A stretch of DNA of 64,000 bases from an uncultured Planctomycetales bacterium (GCA_964545575.1 CAZJFL010000006.1:25721-89720), one strand, 5' to 3'. Positions 25,744 through 37,776 are shown, counted from the first letter of the stretch. A program made the numbers and translations. Notes: generated by a model from the letters alone, not told the origin.

Positions 25744-27002
25744 ACCCCGCCAGGAGCAAACAGAAAATAGGTATCTTAAGCCTGGGTTGCCCCCGTAATT
25801 TGGTAGATTCGGAAAGCATCTTAGGCAGGCTGAATCTTAAAGGGTACCCCGTCGTCGATATGGCAAAGGCGGATACGGCGATTATCAATACCTGCGCTTT
25901 TACCGAAGAAGCCAAGAGAGAATCTATAGATGCGATATTAGACCTGATCGAGTTAAAAAAAGAAGGTGCGCTGAAAAAAATAGTAGTTTGCGGCTGCCTG
26001 GCAGAGCGCTATAAGGATGAGTTAAATAAGGAGCTGCCTCAGGTAGACGCATTTGTGGGCGTTCCTTCCCTGAATCACTCCCCGGCCCGTTTTCGGCTCA
26101 CCCCCGAACATTATGCCTACTTAAAGATTTGCGAGAGCTGCATTAACCATTGCAGTTACTGTATTATCCCTAAGATAAAAGGAAAGTTCTCCAGCCTCGA
26201 TAAGCAGACATTAATCCGCAAGGTAAGAGGGTTTGACGGAGAGAGAATAAGCGAGTTAAATATTATCGGACAGGATATCACCGGTTACGGCGCAGATTTA
26301 TATCAAGATTACGGGTTAACCGGGTTACTTGAGGATATCACCCGGAACTTACGCAATATTAACTGGATCAGGTTACTTTATCTTTATCCGGCCCGTATAA
26401 GCGATGAACTGCTGGATTTAATCAGTAATGAGCCGCGGATCTGTAAATATATAGACCTGTCTATTCAGCATATCAACGGGCGGATTCTTAAGTTAATGCG
26501 CAGGCATACCACTAAAAAAGATATTTTAAAATTGCTTGAGAAGATCAGGAAGAAGATCCCGGAAGTCGCGATACGCACGTCAATAATAGTGGGTTTTCCT
26601 TCGGAGACAGACAAGGAGTTTGGGGAGTTGCTGCGTTTTATCAGAGAGGCAAAATTCGAAAGATTGGGCGCGTTTATTTACTCGCGCGAAGAGGGTACGG
26701 CCGCATATAATTTCTCTGGGCAGGTCCCGCACCGGGTAAAGAGAGAGCGTTTTGATGCCGTGATGTTAAAACAGCAGGAGGTCTCGCGGGAGATCAATCA
26801 GAAGTTCCTGGGAAAAACCATGCAGGTTTTGATAGACGGCAAGGAGGAAAAGGCTTATTTAGGGAGAACCGAATACGATGCGCCGGAAGTGGACGGGCTG
26901 GTTTATATAAGCTCTAAAAAAGCATTAAAAGCCGGTGACTTTGTCCGGGCAAAGATTACCGATACGCTGGAGTACGATCTGGTAGGGGAGGTAGTATCAT
27001 GA
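25740..27002 (+). CDS. rimO: Ribosomal protein S12 methylthiotransferase RimO (MiaB-like radical SAM)
   Basis: KIGILSLGCPRNLVDSE N-terminus, radical-SAM CxxxCxxC (CINHCSYC) and a C-terminal TRAM domain. The ATG at 25740 overlaps the rodZ stop (ATGA). The ORF-track start 25587 is an out-of-context upstream extension. Confidence 0.85.
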   Translation: MNPARSKQKIGILSLGCPRNLVDSESILGRLNLKGYPVVDMAKADTAIINTCAFTEEAKRESIDAILDLIELKKEGALKKIVVCGCLAERYKDELNKELPQVDAFVGVPSLNHSPARFRLTPEHYAYLKICESCINHCSYCIIPKIKGKFSSLDKQTLIRKVRGFDGERISELNIIGQDITGYGADLYQDYGLTGLLEDITRNLRNINWIRLLYLYPARISDELLDLISNEPRICKYIDLSIQHINGRILKLMRRHTTKKDILKLLEKIRKKIPEVAIRTSIIVGFPSETDKEFGELLRFIREAKFERLGAFIYSREEGTAAYNFSGQVPHRVKRERFDAVMLKQQEVSREINQKFLGKTMQVLIDGKEEKAYLGRTEYDAPEVDGLVYISSKKALKAGDFVRAKITDTLEYDLVGEVVS

Positions 27003-27592
27003 ATATCGCTAACCGTTTAACCGTATCCAGGATAATCCTCACCTTTATTTTTATGTTTTTTTTATCTTTTCCCTTTAAGGGCGCCTGGGTTCTTTGGTCG
27101 AAGGTGATTAGCCTGCTGATTTTTATACTGGCGGCTTTAACGGATTTCTTCGATGGGCTGTTCGCTAAACAAAGAAACATGGTTACCGATTTCGGCAAGC
27201 TGATGGACCCTATCGCCGATAAGATACTGGTGATAGCGGCGTTTGCGGCGTTCGTGCAGATACAGATTATCGATGCCTGGATGTTCGTGATTATCATCTC
27301 GCGCGAAATAATCATTACGTCTTTAAGGCTCTTTGCCCTGAATAAAGGCAAGGTTCTTTCTGCGACCCGGTCCGGAAAACACAAAACTTTATCCCAGATG
27401 CTGGTGATCTTTCTGATATTGGGTTTTATTGTTTTAAAAGAAGTAACCCTTACCTACTTTACCTGGGACCCGGGGTGGGAGCAATTTTTCCGTCAGGGTA
27501 TCTACGTGCTGATGCTTTTGACGGTGGCGCTTACCCTTTATTCGGGCCTGTCATATCTGTGGGATAACCGCAAGATTATCACCCAGCTTTAG
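26999..27592 (+). CDS. pgsA: CDP-diacylglycerol--glycerol-3-phosphate 3-phosphatidyltransferase
   Basis: CDP-alcohol phosphatidyltransferase motif DFFDG…A…G…DPIADK. Multi-TM. Confidence 0.85.
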   Translation: MNIANRLTVSRIILTFIFMFFLSFPFKGAWVLWSKVISLLIFILAALTDFFDGLFAKQRNMVTDFGKLMDPIADKILVIAAFAAFVQIQIIDAWMFVIIISREIIITSLRLFALNKGKVLSATRSGKHKTLSQMLVIFLILGFIVLKEVTLTYFTWDPGWEQFFRQGIYVLMLLTVALTLYSGLSYLWDNRKIITQL

Positions 27593-27602
27593 TGCGCCCC
27601 CG

Positions 27603-28067
27603 ATGAAAATAGGCGACTTCGTCGTAAAAACCACAAGTACGTTTTTTTATTCAGGCTATGCCCCTTTCATACCCGGCACAATCGGCAGTATCTTAGGCCT
27701 GTTTTTGTTCTACCTGCTTAAAGACGATTCTTTAGTATACGGCTTTTTTACTTTCCTGATACTGATTTTGGGGTTTTTAGTCTCGGGGGAAGCGGAGAGG
27801 ATTTTTAAGCAAAAAGACAGCCGCTATATCGTCATCGATGAAGTAGGAGGCATGCTTTTAAGCCTGGCGTTTATTCCTTCCGATATCAAGTGGGTCATCG
27901 CCGGATTTATAATATTCCGTATCTTAGACGCCTTAAAACCCTATCCTGCCGCAAGGCTGCAAGAATTAAAAGGAAGCTTAGGGGTGATGAGCGATGATAT
28001 CGTGGCCGCGCTCTATACCAATATTATTCTTCAGATTGTCTTAAGATTTACTTCTTTTAAGGCTTGA
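27603..28067 (+). CDS. pgpA: Phosphatidylglycerophosphatase A
   Basis: PgpA-family membrane protein (…PGTIGSILG…DEVGGM…). Adjacent to pgsA. Confidence 0.75.
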   Translation: MKIGDFVVKTTSTFFYSGYAPFIPGTIGSILGLFLFYLLKDDSLVYGFFTFLILILGFLVSGEAERIFKQKDSRYIVIDEVGGMLLSLAFIPSDIKWVIAGFIIFRILDALKPYPAARLQELKGSLGVMSDDIVAALYTNIILQIVLRFTSFKA

Positions 28068-28603
28068 TAGATTGGGCCCTTGGGGGTAAGTGTACTTTTA
28101 TAGAGCACGATTTGTCTTACGGGAAATTCCGCTTTTTCCTCACCCAACTTATCCGCGCAAACGTTTAGTCCTTTAATCAATTCCGCGATATTCTTAGATG
28201 ATTTTGTCCTGGCGATAGTAATATGCGAGGAAAAGGCTTTTTCTTCTTTGGGGATACCTGTACGGGAGATTTTTTCTTCGAGCTCCGCGGCAATTAATTT
28301 AGTTTCTTCATCCCCCCGATCAATCCCTACCCAGATGACCCTCGGCGAGGTAATTTTGGGGAAGGCGCCCAGAGTAGAAAGGCGCGCCAGAAACTGCTTT
28401 TTATTCTTTACCGCCTCCTCGAGGATATTGCTAATCTCTTTTATCTTTTTATCGTCCCTTTCGCCTAAGAATTTTAAGGTTAAGTGGATATTTTCCGGCT
28501 CCACCCATTTTACCTCTGCGCCGCTGGTTTTTAGCTCGTTTTGTAGTTCGGCAAGAAAGGCTTTGATTTCCTGAGGTAGCGGGATAGCTATAAAAGTTCT
28601 CAT
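28031..28603 (-). CDS. thpR: RNA 2',3'-cyclic phosphodiesterase / 2'-5' RNA ligase (2H family)
   Basis: Two H-x-T/S-x motifs (HLTLKFLG and HITIAR). 190 aa. Confidence 0.8.
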   Translation of the reverse strand: MRTFIAIPLPQEIKAFLAELQNELKTSGAEVKWVEPENIHLTLKFLGERDDKKIKEISNILEEAVKNKKQFLARLSTLGAFPKITSPRVIWVGIDRGDEETKLIAAELEEKISRTGIPKEEKAFSSHITIARTKSSKNIAELIKGLNVCADKLGEEKAEFPVRQIVLYKSTLTPKGPIYQALKEVNLKTI

Positions 28604-28609
28604 TGGTTT

Positions 28610-28681
28610 TTTAGCGGGTCCTGTCGCGGCATGTTTCTCGTCGCATCATGCTCCTCAAAACACGCCGCGCCACCCGCTAAA
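28610..28681 (-). repeat. Family-2 palindromic element (TTTAGCGGGT…ACCCGCTAAA), second locus
   Basis: Termini are identical to those of 7417-7491. The interior diverges but remains hairpin-forming. It ends 7 nt before the thpR start codon. Confidence 0.55.
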
Positions 28682-28687
28682 AGAGGC

Positions 28688-29155
28688 TTATAAAATTTTT
28701 TTTAATAGCTGTAACGCTGCCATAACAGATTTCTTTCGCATAGTGCTACGGTTTCCGTTGAAGTGACGCCTTTCGCAAATGGTTGTATTTTTTGTAGTGA
28801 TGGCGATAAAGACTGTGCCGACTGGTTTATGCGGCGTGGCACCTGTCGGGCCGGCGATGCCGGTAATGCCTATGCCAAAATCGGTTTGGGATATTTTTCT
28901 TACTGATTCAGCCATTGCCATAGCTACCGGCTCCGAGACCGCGCCGTTTTTCCGTAGCTTTGCTGCCGCTATGCCCAAAACCGATGTCTTGCTTTTATTG
29001 CTGTAAGCCACTACGCCCAGCTTAAAATATTCTGAGCTGCCGGATAACTTTGTCAGCAGGCTAGAGAGCATCCCGCCGGTGCAGGATTCCGCTACGGAGA
29101 GGGTTTTTCCCCTGGCGATGAGTAGCCTATGAATTTTGGCGGTAATTTCTTTCAT
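28688..29155 (-). CDS. pncC: CinA C-terminal domain protein / nicotinamide-nucleotide amidohydrolase PncC
   Basis: LSVAESCTGGMLSSLLT motif, 155 aa. Confidence 0.85.
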   Translation of the reverse strand: MKEITAKIHRLLIARGKTLSVAESCTGGMLSSLLTKLSGSSEYFKLGVVAYSNKSKTSVLGIAAAKLRKNGAVSEPVAMAMAESVRKISQTDFGIGITGIAGPTGATPHKPVGTVFIAITTKNTTICERRHFNGNRSTMRKKSVMAALQLLKKIL

Positions 29156-29187
29156 CTCTGGCTATATTATAAATACTTTTAAACCTG

Positions 29188-29215
29188 TTGACAAGCTTTG
29201 ATTTTGTGTTAAAAT
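29188..29215 (+). promoter_or_regulatory. Sigma70 promoter TTGACA-16-TGtTAAAAT for the rib operon
   Basis: Consensus -35 with an extended -10. TSS about 10 nt before the riboswitch. Confidence 0.5.
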
Positions 29216-29262
29216 AGAAAAAGATTAATCTTCAGGGCAAGGTGAAATTCCCGACCGGCGGT

Positions 29263-29348
29263 AGCGCAGAAACGCACACCAAACCATCAATTTGGTTTGG
29301 GTGTTAGCGCAGAAGCGCACACCAATTTATCCTATAAAATTGGGTGTT
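29263..29348 (+). repeat. Tandem duplicated roughly 43-nt insertion in the riboswitch P3 loop
   Basis: Unit 1 is AGCGCAGAAACGCACACCAAAccatcaaTTTGGTTTGGGTGTT. Unit 2 is AGCGCAGAAGCGCACACCAATTTatcctatAAAATTGGGTGTT. The P3 hairpin is usually short. The CACCMAA…TTGGGTGTTA motif resembles the family-1 SL2 module. Confidence 0.6.
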
Positions 29349-29437
29349 AAAGTCCGCGAGCCAAAAAGGCATGAACTGGTGCGAGTCCAGTACCGATGGT
29401 ATAGTCCAGAGGGGAGAAGATTGAAATTACCTTTATA

Positions 29438-29466
29438 CCCGAAGATTCTTTTCGGGTTTTTTGTTT
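29438..29466 (+). terminator. Riboswitch intrinsic terminator (CCCGAAgattcTTTTCGGG + T6)
   Basis: Hairpin plus T-run immediately after the aptamer. Confidence 0.7.
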
Positions 29467-29471
29467 TTAAT

Positions 29472-29671
29472 GAGCAGAAGACTTACGGAGTTCCGAAAGA
29501 GCGACGTAAGTCTTAGTGATAGCGTTATACGAAATTATTCACGTCTGCGAATTAACGCCGCACCTTTTATTTTTTTAAATGCCTTAAAAAGGTGCGGCGT
29601 AAGTTCGCACAAATAAGTTATGTCGATTAGCTCTAGTTAAATAACGGTCTCCATAACTTATGTGCTCACTT
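29472..29671 (+). repeat. Family-1 structured intergenic element, copy B
   Basis: Modules: GAGCAGAAGACTTACGGAG…CGACGTAAGTC; GCGAATTAACGCCGCACCTTTT…AAAAAGGTGCGGCG; ACAAATAAGTTATGTCG…CATAACTTATGTGCTCAC. It overlaps the first ATG of ribBA. Confidence 0.5.
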
Positions 29672-30880
29672 ATGTTCAATTCTATCCAGGAAATAATTCA
29701 GGATTTAAAGAGCGGTTCCCAGGTCATTGTGGTGGATGACGAGAGCCGGGAGAACGAAGGCGACCTGATCATGGCGGCTTCTTTTGTCCGGCCGCAGGAT
29801 ATAAACTTTATGGCCAAGGAGGGGCGGGGGCTCATCTGCGTGCCCATGGAAGAGGAAAGGTTAAGCTATTTACGCCTTGAGCCGATGCTTAAAGACGATG
29901 TTTCTCTGAGCCGGAAAGATCCTTTTTCTACCGCCTGGATGATTTCTGTGGACGCCGCGCGGGGGATAACTACCGGTATCTCTGCGGGCGACCGCAGCCG
30001 CACCATAGAGGCCTTGGCTAATCTTAAGACGACGCCCGAAGAATTGATACGTCCCGGTCATATCTTTCCTTTAAAGGCGCGTAAAGGCGGAGTATTGGTC
30101 AGGGCCGGGCACACTGAAGCAGCGATAGACCTGATGCGCCTCTGTGGGCTATATCCGGTAGCGGTAATCTGTGAGATTATGAACGAAGACGGCACCATGG
30201 CCAGGCTGCCGGAGTTGCTTGAGTTTTCCCGTAAACACAAGCTTAAGATCTGCTCTATTGCCGATTTAATCGAATACCGCAGGCGTTCTGAAAAACTAAT
30301 AGAGCGGGTTTCTGAAACTATACTTCCGACTGAATATGGCACCTACCGGCTGATCTTATACCGGGATTTAATCAGCAGGCAGATGCATATTGCGCTGACG
30401 ATGGGGAAGCTTAACAGCGGCGCTACCCTGGTGCGCGTGCATTCCGAATGCCTGACCGGCGATACGCTGGGGTCTTTACGCTGCGATTGCGGGAAGCAGC
30501 TGGAAAAAGCGATGCAGATTATCGGCCGGGAAAAAAAGGGCGTGCTCCTTTATATGCAGCAGGAGGGTCGCGGCATCGGTTTGGCGGATAAAATCCGCGC
30601 TTATAGCCTGCAGGATAAAGGGATGGATACGGTGGAGGCCAATGAAGCCTTAGGTCATAAGCCGGACCTGCGCGATTACGGTATAGGCGCTCAGATTTTA
30701 GCGGACCTCGGGCTAGAAAATATCCGGCTCTTAACCAATAATCCGCGTAAAATCGTGGGCCTGGAAGGCTATGGTTTAGCTGTCACTGAACGCCTGCCCC
30801 TGGAGGTCAAACCTAATCCTGCAAATTACCGGTATCTAAAGACCAAAAAGGAAAAATTAGGGCACGATTTAAAAATATAA
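29660..30880 (+). CDS. ribBA: Bifunctional 3,4-dihydroxy-2-butanone-4-phosphate synthase / GTP cyclohydrolase II
   Basis: N-terminal RENEGDL…, C-terminal HSECLTGD…CDCG. The second ATG at 29672 (MFNSIQ…) is an alternative start. Confidence 0.92.
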   Translation: MCSLMFNSIQEIIQDLKSGSQVIVVDDESRENEGDLIMAASFVRPQDINFMAKEGRGLICVPMEEERLSYLRLEPMLKDDVSLSRKDPFSTAWMISVDAARGITTGISAGDRSRTIEALANLKTTPEELIRPGHIFPLKARKGGVLVRAGHTEAAIDLMRLCGLYPVAVICEIMNEDGTMARLPELLEFSRKHKLKICSIADLIEYRRRSEKLIERVSETILPTEYGTYRLILYRDLISRQMHIALTMGKLNSGATLVRVHSECLTGDTLGSLRCDCGKQLEKAMQIIGREKKGVLLYMQQEGRGIGLADKIRAYSLQDKGMDTVEANEALGHKPDLRDYGIGAQILADLGLENIRLLTNNPRKIVGLEGYGLAVTERLPLEVKPNPANYRYLKTKKEKLGHDLKI

Positions 30881-31036
30881 GTGAGGGCATAAGTTTGCAC
30901 CCAAAGATACTTTTTAATAGAGATTTGGGTGTTAATTCGCAGACGCTAATAGATAAGTAAAATGATGGATGCTACAATTTACGTCGCTCCTGGAGGAGCT
31001 CCGTAAATTGTCTGCTCATTAAAAGGAGGGAGAAAG
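30881..31036 (+). repeat. Family-1 structured intergenic element, copy C
   Basis: Begins GTGAGGGCATAAGTT right after the ribBA stop. Contains CACCCAAA…TTTGGGTGTTAATTCGC and …TTACGTCGCTC…GAGCTCCGTAAATTGTCTGCTCATTAAAAGGAGGG before the ribH ATG. Confidence 0.55.
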
Positions 31037-31504
31037 ATGACAAAGGTGATCGAAGGCAATTTAATTGCCAAGGGAAAGAAGTTTGCTATCATCGCTTCGC
31101 GCTTCAACGATTTTATTACCAAGGAGCTGATTGCCGGTTGCCTGGATACGCTGATCAGGCATGGCGCCGACGATAAAGATTTAGTGTTGGCCTGGGTGCC
31201 GGGTGCGTTTGAGATCTCAGTCGTCGCTCAGCGCTTGGCTAAGTCTAAAGCATATGACGCTCTTATTTGTCTGGGTACGGTTATCCGCGGCTCCACCCCG
31301 CATTTTGATTATATCGCTTCAGAAGTAGCCAAGGGAGTAGCCAAGGTCTCTTTGGATAGCGCAACGCCGGTAATTTTCGGCGTGATTACTGCCGATACTA
31401 TCGAGCAGGCTATCGAGCGCGCCGGGACAAAAGACGGCAATAAAGGAAGAGATGCGGCATTAAACGCCATTGAAATGGCAAGCTTAGTGGATAATTTAAA
31501 ATAA
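31037..31504 (+). CDS. ribH: 6,7-dimethyl-8-ribityllumazine synthase
   Basis: 155 aa. …[10 protein letters not shown]…GAFE… is typical of RibH. Confidence 0.9.
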   Translation: MTKVIEGNLIAKGKKFAIIASRFNDFITKELIAGCLDTLIRHGADDKDLVLAWVPGAFEISVVAQRLAKSKAYDALICLGTVIRGSTPHFDYIASEVAKGVAKVSLDSATPVIFGVITADTIEQAIERAGTKDGNKGRDAALNAIEMASLVDNLK

Positions 31505-31511
31505 ATCCCCG

Positions 31512-31928
31512 ATGAGAAAACGCACCCAGGCCAGGGAGTTTGCCCTGCAGCTCCTTTACCAGATCGATATCACCGGCGATGACTGCGATCAGGCGCTTTT
31601 AGGTTTCTGGCAGTCAAATGCCGGGGATAATATAGAGGAGGAAATTAAGGCTTTTACCTCTGAGCTGGTAAAGGGTGTTGTGGCCTCCCTCACCGCTATC
31701 GACGCTAAAATATCCGCCTATGCCACCAATTGGCAACTTGGGCGCATGGCCTTTGTAGACAGGAATATACTGCGGATGAGTTGCTATGAGCTTTTATTCC
31801 GCGCTGACGTGCCGCCTAAAGTATCGATCAACGAAGCGGTGGAACTGGCTAAGAAATATTCTACCCGGGAAGCGGCAAAGTTCGTCAACGGGATATTGGA
31901 TAAAATAAAGATTGAGAAGGAGAAATGA
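31512..31928 (+). CDS. nusB: Transcription antitermination factor NusB
   Basis: 138 aa all-helical protein with AREFALQLLYQ N-terminus. Canonical ribH-nusB linkage. Confidence 0.85.
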   Translation: MRKRTQAREFALQLLYQIDITGDDCDQALLGFWQSNAGDNIEEEIKAFTSELVKGVVASLTAIDAKISAYATNWQLGRMAFVDRNILRMSCYELLFRADVPPKVSINEAVELAKKYSTREAAKFVNGILDKIKIEKEK

Positions 31929-32746
31929 AGTTTGCCGACCTGCACCTGCACACCATGTTTTCCGACGGGACTTACAAACCGGAGGAGCTTCCGGATAAGG
32001 CAGCTAAAAGCGGCTTATCCTGTATAGCTATAGTTGACCATGACACCGTGGCCGGATTACCGCGGGCCTTAGAGGCTGCCAAGCTTAGTGATATAGAGGT
32101 TTTACCGGGGATAGAGCTGAGCGCTGAATATGACGGCTTAGAAATCCATATCCTCGGCTATCTGATTGATCATAAAAATAAAGACCTGCTTAAGAAACTG
32201 GATTTCTTAAAAAATAACCGCATTGAGCGCGTCTATAAGATGGTGGAGAAATTAAAAGGTTTAGGAGTAGCCTTAAAAGCAGAGGATGTTTTTGCCCTGT
32301 CGGAAAACGGCACGGTAGGCAGGCTTCATATCGCCAGGGCGCTTCTTAAGGCAGGACAAGTCAAATCTACGGCGGAAGCATTCCATAAATACATCGGCGA
32401 TAGATGCCCGGCTTATTTTTGCGGTTTTAAATTGACGCCGCGGGAGGCGATAGAGTTAATCCGCAAGGCGGGCGGAGTGCCGGTTTTAGCCCATCCTTAT
32501 ACTTTAGGAAAAGATGAGCTGATAGCCCAGTTCGTAAGAGACGGGCTGATGGGTTTAGAGGTTTATTATCCGGAGCATACGCAATCGATGGTTAATTTTT
32601 ACCTTAAATTATCCCAGGAATACCGGCTGCTGGTAACCGGCGGCTCTGACTGCCACGGTGAGGCAAAACCGGAGGTAAAAATCGGCTCAATAAAAATACC
32701 TTACGCATTGGTCGAGAAAATAAAAGCGGTAAAGAAGAGGTTGTAA
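31925..32746 (+). CDS. PHP-domain metal-dependent phosphoesterase
   Basis: DLHLHTMFSDG…IVDHD PHP motifs. Embedded in the rib operon. Confidence 0.7.
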   Translation: MKFADLHLHTMFSDGTYKPEELPDKAAKSGLSCIAIVDHDTVAGLPRALEAAKLSDIEVLPGIELSAEYDGLEIHILGYLIDHKNKDLLKKLDFLKNNRIERVYKMVEKLKGLGVALKAEDVFALSENGTVGRLHIARALLKAGQVKSTAEAFHKYIGDRCPAYFCGFKLTPREAIELIRKAGGVPVLAHPYTLGKDELIAQFVRDGLMGLEVYYPEHTQSMVNFYLKLSQEYRLLVTGGSDCHGEAKPEVKIGSIKIPYALVEKIKAVKKRL

Positions 32747-33837
32747 TGCCAAAAAATCACGCCTATTTTATGGGGTTAGCCATGAAGTTAGCCTTAAAAG
32801 GAAAAGGTAAGACTTCGCCTAATCCGATGGTCGGGGCGCTGGTAGTAAAGAAGGGCAGGATCATCGGTAGGGGTTATCATGAGAAAGCAGGTTCTGCTCA
32901 TGCGGAAGCGATAGCTTTAGATGAAGCAGGAAGTAACGCTAAAGGAGCAACGCTCTACGTTACCTTAGAGCCCTGCGCGCACTTCGGCAGGACGCCTCCC
33001 TGCGTCGACAGAATAATTAAAAGCGGGGTCAAAGAGGTAATCGTAGGGATGGTGGACCCGAATCCCCTGAATAACGGCAGAGGCATTAACATACTGAGGC
33101 AGCATAAGCTAAAAGTTGAGGCGGGCATTTTAGAGGATGAGCTAAAGAAACTAAATGAGGTATTTATAAAATATATTACGCGCAAAATTCCCTTTGTGAC
33201 CGTAAAAGTAGGCCAATCCCTGGACGGTAAAATTGCCACCAAAAGCGGAGACTCCAAGTGGATAACTTCTGATAAGTCGCGCGCTTATGTCCATCGCATG
33301 CGCCAGGGTTACGATGCGGTAATGGTAGGGGTAAACACGGTGCTCAGGGATAACCCGACCCTTGACCCCTGGTTTTCTAAAAAGAAACTGACTAAGATTG
33401 TGGTGGATAGCCAGCTCAGCATTCACGAGGAGGCCAATATCTTCTCTTCCGGGGCGCCGGTAATCGTCGTAACTTTATCTATTGCCGCGGGGCAGGAAAC
33501 GGAAAATAGGAAGATATTAGCCCAAAAGGCCAGGATTTTAGAGGCCAAAGAAAAAGAAGGCCAGATTAACCTTAAAGACATGATGAAAAAACTGGCCGGT
33601 CTAGAGATAACTAATATTTTAGTAGAAGGCGGCGGCACGCTGATCGGGGCGTTATTCGATGAAGGATTAGTAGATAAGGTCTGCATTTTTATTAGCCCCA
33701 AGATCATCGGGGGCAAAGATGCAATCAGCTCGGTGGAGGGTAAGGGTATTACGCGCATAGATAAGGCAATCAGATTAAGAGGCGTCAAGCTAAAGCGCAT
33801 CGGCGAAGATTTTTTAGTAGAGGGTTACATCGCTTAA
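32746..33837 (+). CDS. ribD: Bifunctional riboflavin biosynthesis deaminase/reductase RibD
   Basis: CMP/dCMP deaminase zinc motif (HAE…PCAHFGRTPPC) and a C-terminal RibG reductase domain. Confidence 0.9.
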   Translation: MPKNHAYFMGLAMKLALKGKGKTSPNPMVGALVVKKGRIIGRGYHEKAGSAHAEAIALDEAGSNAKGATLYVTLEPCAHFGRTPPCVDRIIKSGVKEVIVGMVDPNPLNNGRGINILRQHKLKVEAGILEDELKKLNEVFIKYITRKIPFVTVKVGQSLDGKIATKSGDSKWITSDKSRAYVHRMRQGYDAVMVGVNTVLRDNPTLDPWFSKKKLTKIVVDSQLSIHEEANIFSSGAPVIVVTLSIAAGQETENRKILAQKARILEAKEKEGQINLKDMMKKLAGLEITNILVEGGGTLIGALFDEGLVDKVCIFISPKIIGGKDAISSVEGKGITRIDKAIRLRGVKLKRIGEDFLVEGYIA

Positions 33838-33838
33838 T

Positions 33839-34417
33839 ATGTTCACTGGCATAATTGAGGAACTGGGGCAGATAAAACGTATCTCTAAAATAGGCAATAT
33901 CGCTTTACTTGCCGTTAAAACGCATAAAATCTTAGAAGATGCAAAAATAGGCGATAGCATATCCGTTAACGGCGCCTGCCTGACTATAACAAGGATAGAA
34001 AACGGCATTTTATTTTTTGAAGTCATGCCTGAAACGCTAAAAATCACAAATCTGGGTATTTTGAGAATTTCGGATAAAGTCAACCTTGAGCGTAGCCTAA
34101 AGATCGGGGATAGGTTGTCCGGGCACTTTGTCACCGGTCATGTTGATTGCCTGGGTCTAATCCGCAAAAAAAAATATATCAAGGGCAATCTTTGTTTTGA
34201 GATCGCCATCCCTGGAGAGTTTAGCAGATACTGTTTACCTAAAGGCTCCGTGGCCGTGGACGGCATCAGCCTTACTTTAGCCGCAAATTTAGCGGGCACC
34301 TTTAGCGTTTATATTATTCCGCATACCTTTAAAAATACCACTCTCGGCTTTAAAGGGCCTTCGGATAAGGTGAATGTAGAGTTTGATATTCTCGCCAAAA
34401 AGAACCTGCACCAATAA
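33839..34417 (+). CDS. ribE: Riboflavin synthase alpha subunit
   Basis: MFTGIIEELG N-terminus. Two lumazine-binding repeats. Confidence 0.85.
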   Translation: MFTGIIEELGQIKRISKIGNIALLAVKTHKILEDAKIGDSISVNGACLTITRIENGILFFEVMPETLKITNLGILRISDKVNLERSLKIGDRLSGHFVTGHVDCLGLIRKKKYIKGNLCFEIAIPGEFSRYCLPKGSVAVDGISLTLAANLAGTFSVYIIPHTFKNTTLGFKGPSDKVNVEFDILAKKNLHQ

Positions 34418-34505
34418 GTTATGTAAACTTCAATTATTGCCAACTTCATAAATTTCTGCTATACTAATTTCATTCGAATTTTCCAGCATGTAATAGATTG
34501 AAAAA

Positions 34506-34580
34506 CGGGGCGTGGCTCAGTTTGGCTAGAGCGCTTGGTTCGGGACCAAGAGGTCGACAGTTCAAATCTGTCCGCCCCGA
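34506..34580 (+). tRNA. tRNA-Pro (anticodon CGG)
   Basis: Hand-folded. Acceptor CGGGGCG/CGCCCCG, anticodon stem CTTGG/CCAAG with loop TTCGGGA, T-arm GACAG-TTCAAAT-CTGTC. Confidence 0.85.
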
Positions 34581-34704
34581 TTAAATAAATGCCTGCGGAC
34601 AGAATCGCGGATTTAATTTTTCCTCGCCGACTAATTTATAGCTGGCGAGCCCTTTTCCGGTAATACAGGCGGGGGGAAAGGGTGTCCGCCCCGATTAAAT
34701 AAAT
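34570..34704 (+). repeat. 22-nt perfect direct repeat (GTCCGCCCCGATTAAATAAATG) bracketing a roughly 91-nt insert
   Basis: Copy 1 is the last 11 nt of tRNA-Pro plus 11 nt of flank (34570-34591). Copy 2 is at 34683-34704 and ends in the acyP ATG. The interior holds the hairpin CTCGCC…GGCGAG. Confidence 0.6.
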
Positions 34705-34975
34705 GAAGAAGCAGATCCATGTTTATTATGGCGGAGCGGTGCAGGGTGTGGGATTCCGCTATACTGTCCGCGAGATAGCCGAAGATTTGGACATTTGCGG
34801 CTGGGCTAAGAATCTGGACGACGGCCGGGTAGAAGTGGTAGCAGAGGCCGAAGAGGGAATTTTAGAGGACTTTTTATCCCGGGTCAGGCAGCATTTTTCC
34901 CGTTACATCAGCGATACGCAGCGAGAGTGGCAGATCGCCAGCGGAGAGTTTAAAGATTTTGGCATAAGGTTTTGA
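34703..34975 (+). CDS. acyP: Acylphosphatase
   Basis: 90 aa. VQGVGFR and GWAKNL motifs. Confidence 0.85.
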   Translation: MKKQIHVYYGGAVQGVGFRYTVREIAEDLDICGWAKNLDDGRVEVVAEAEEGILEDFLSRVRQHFSRYISDTQREWQIASGEFKDFGIRF

Positions 34976-34976
34976 T

Positions 34977-37717
<2,741 letters not shown>

Positions 37718-37776
37718 TGGCGCGCGGGATCCCGCTATAGGAAGGAAAATGATATAGCGGGAAAGGAGATGATTAA

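Larger units (their letters stand above)
29225..29466 (+). promoter_or_regulatory. FMN riboswitch (RFN element) with terminator expression platform
   Basis: CTTCAGGGCAAGGTGAAATTCCCGACCGGCGGTAG…AAAGTCCGCGAGC…GGTGCGAGTCCAGTACCGATGGTATAGTCCAGAGGGGAGAAGA matches the conserved RFN core. It sits upstream of ribBA. Confidence 0.85.

Noticed and set aside
37724-37776. Palindromes GCGGGATCCCGC and CCCGCTATA…TATAGCGGG after ligA as a terminator
   Set aside because: There is a stable hairpin but no downstream T-run. The next gene's RBS follows immediately, so it is more likely a stabilising or processing hairpin. It is not called as a terminator.
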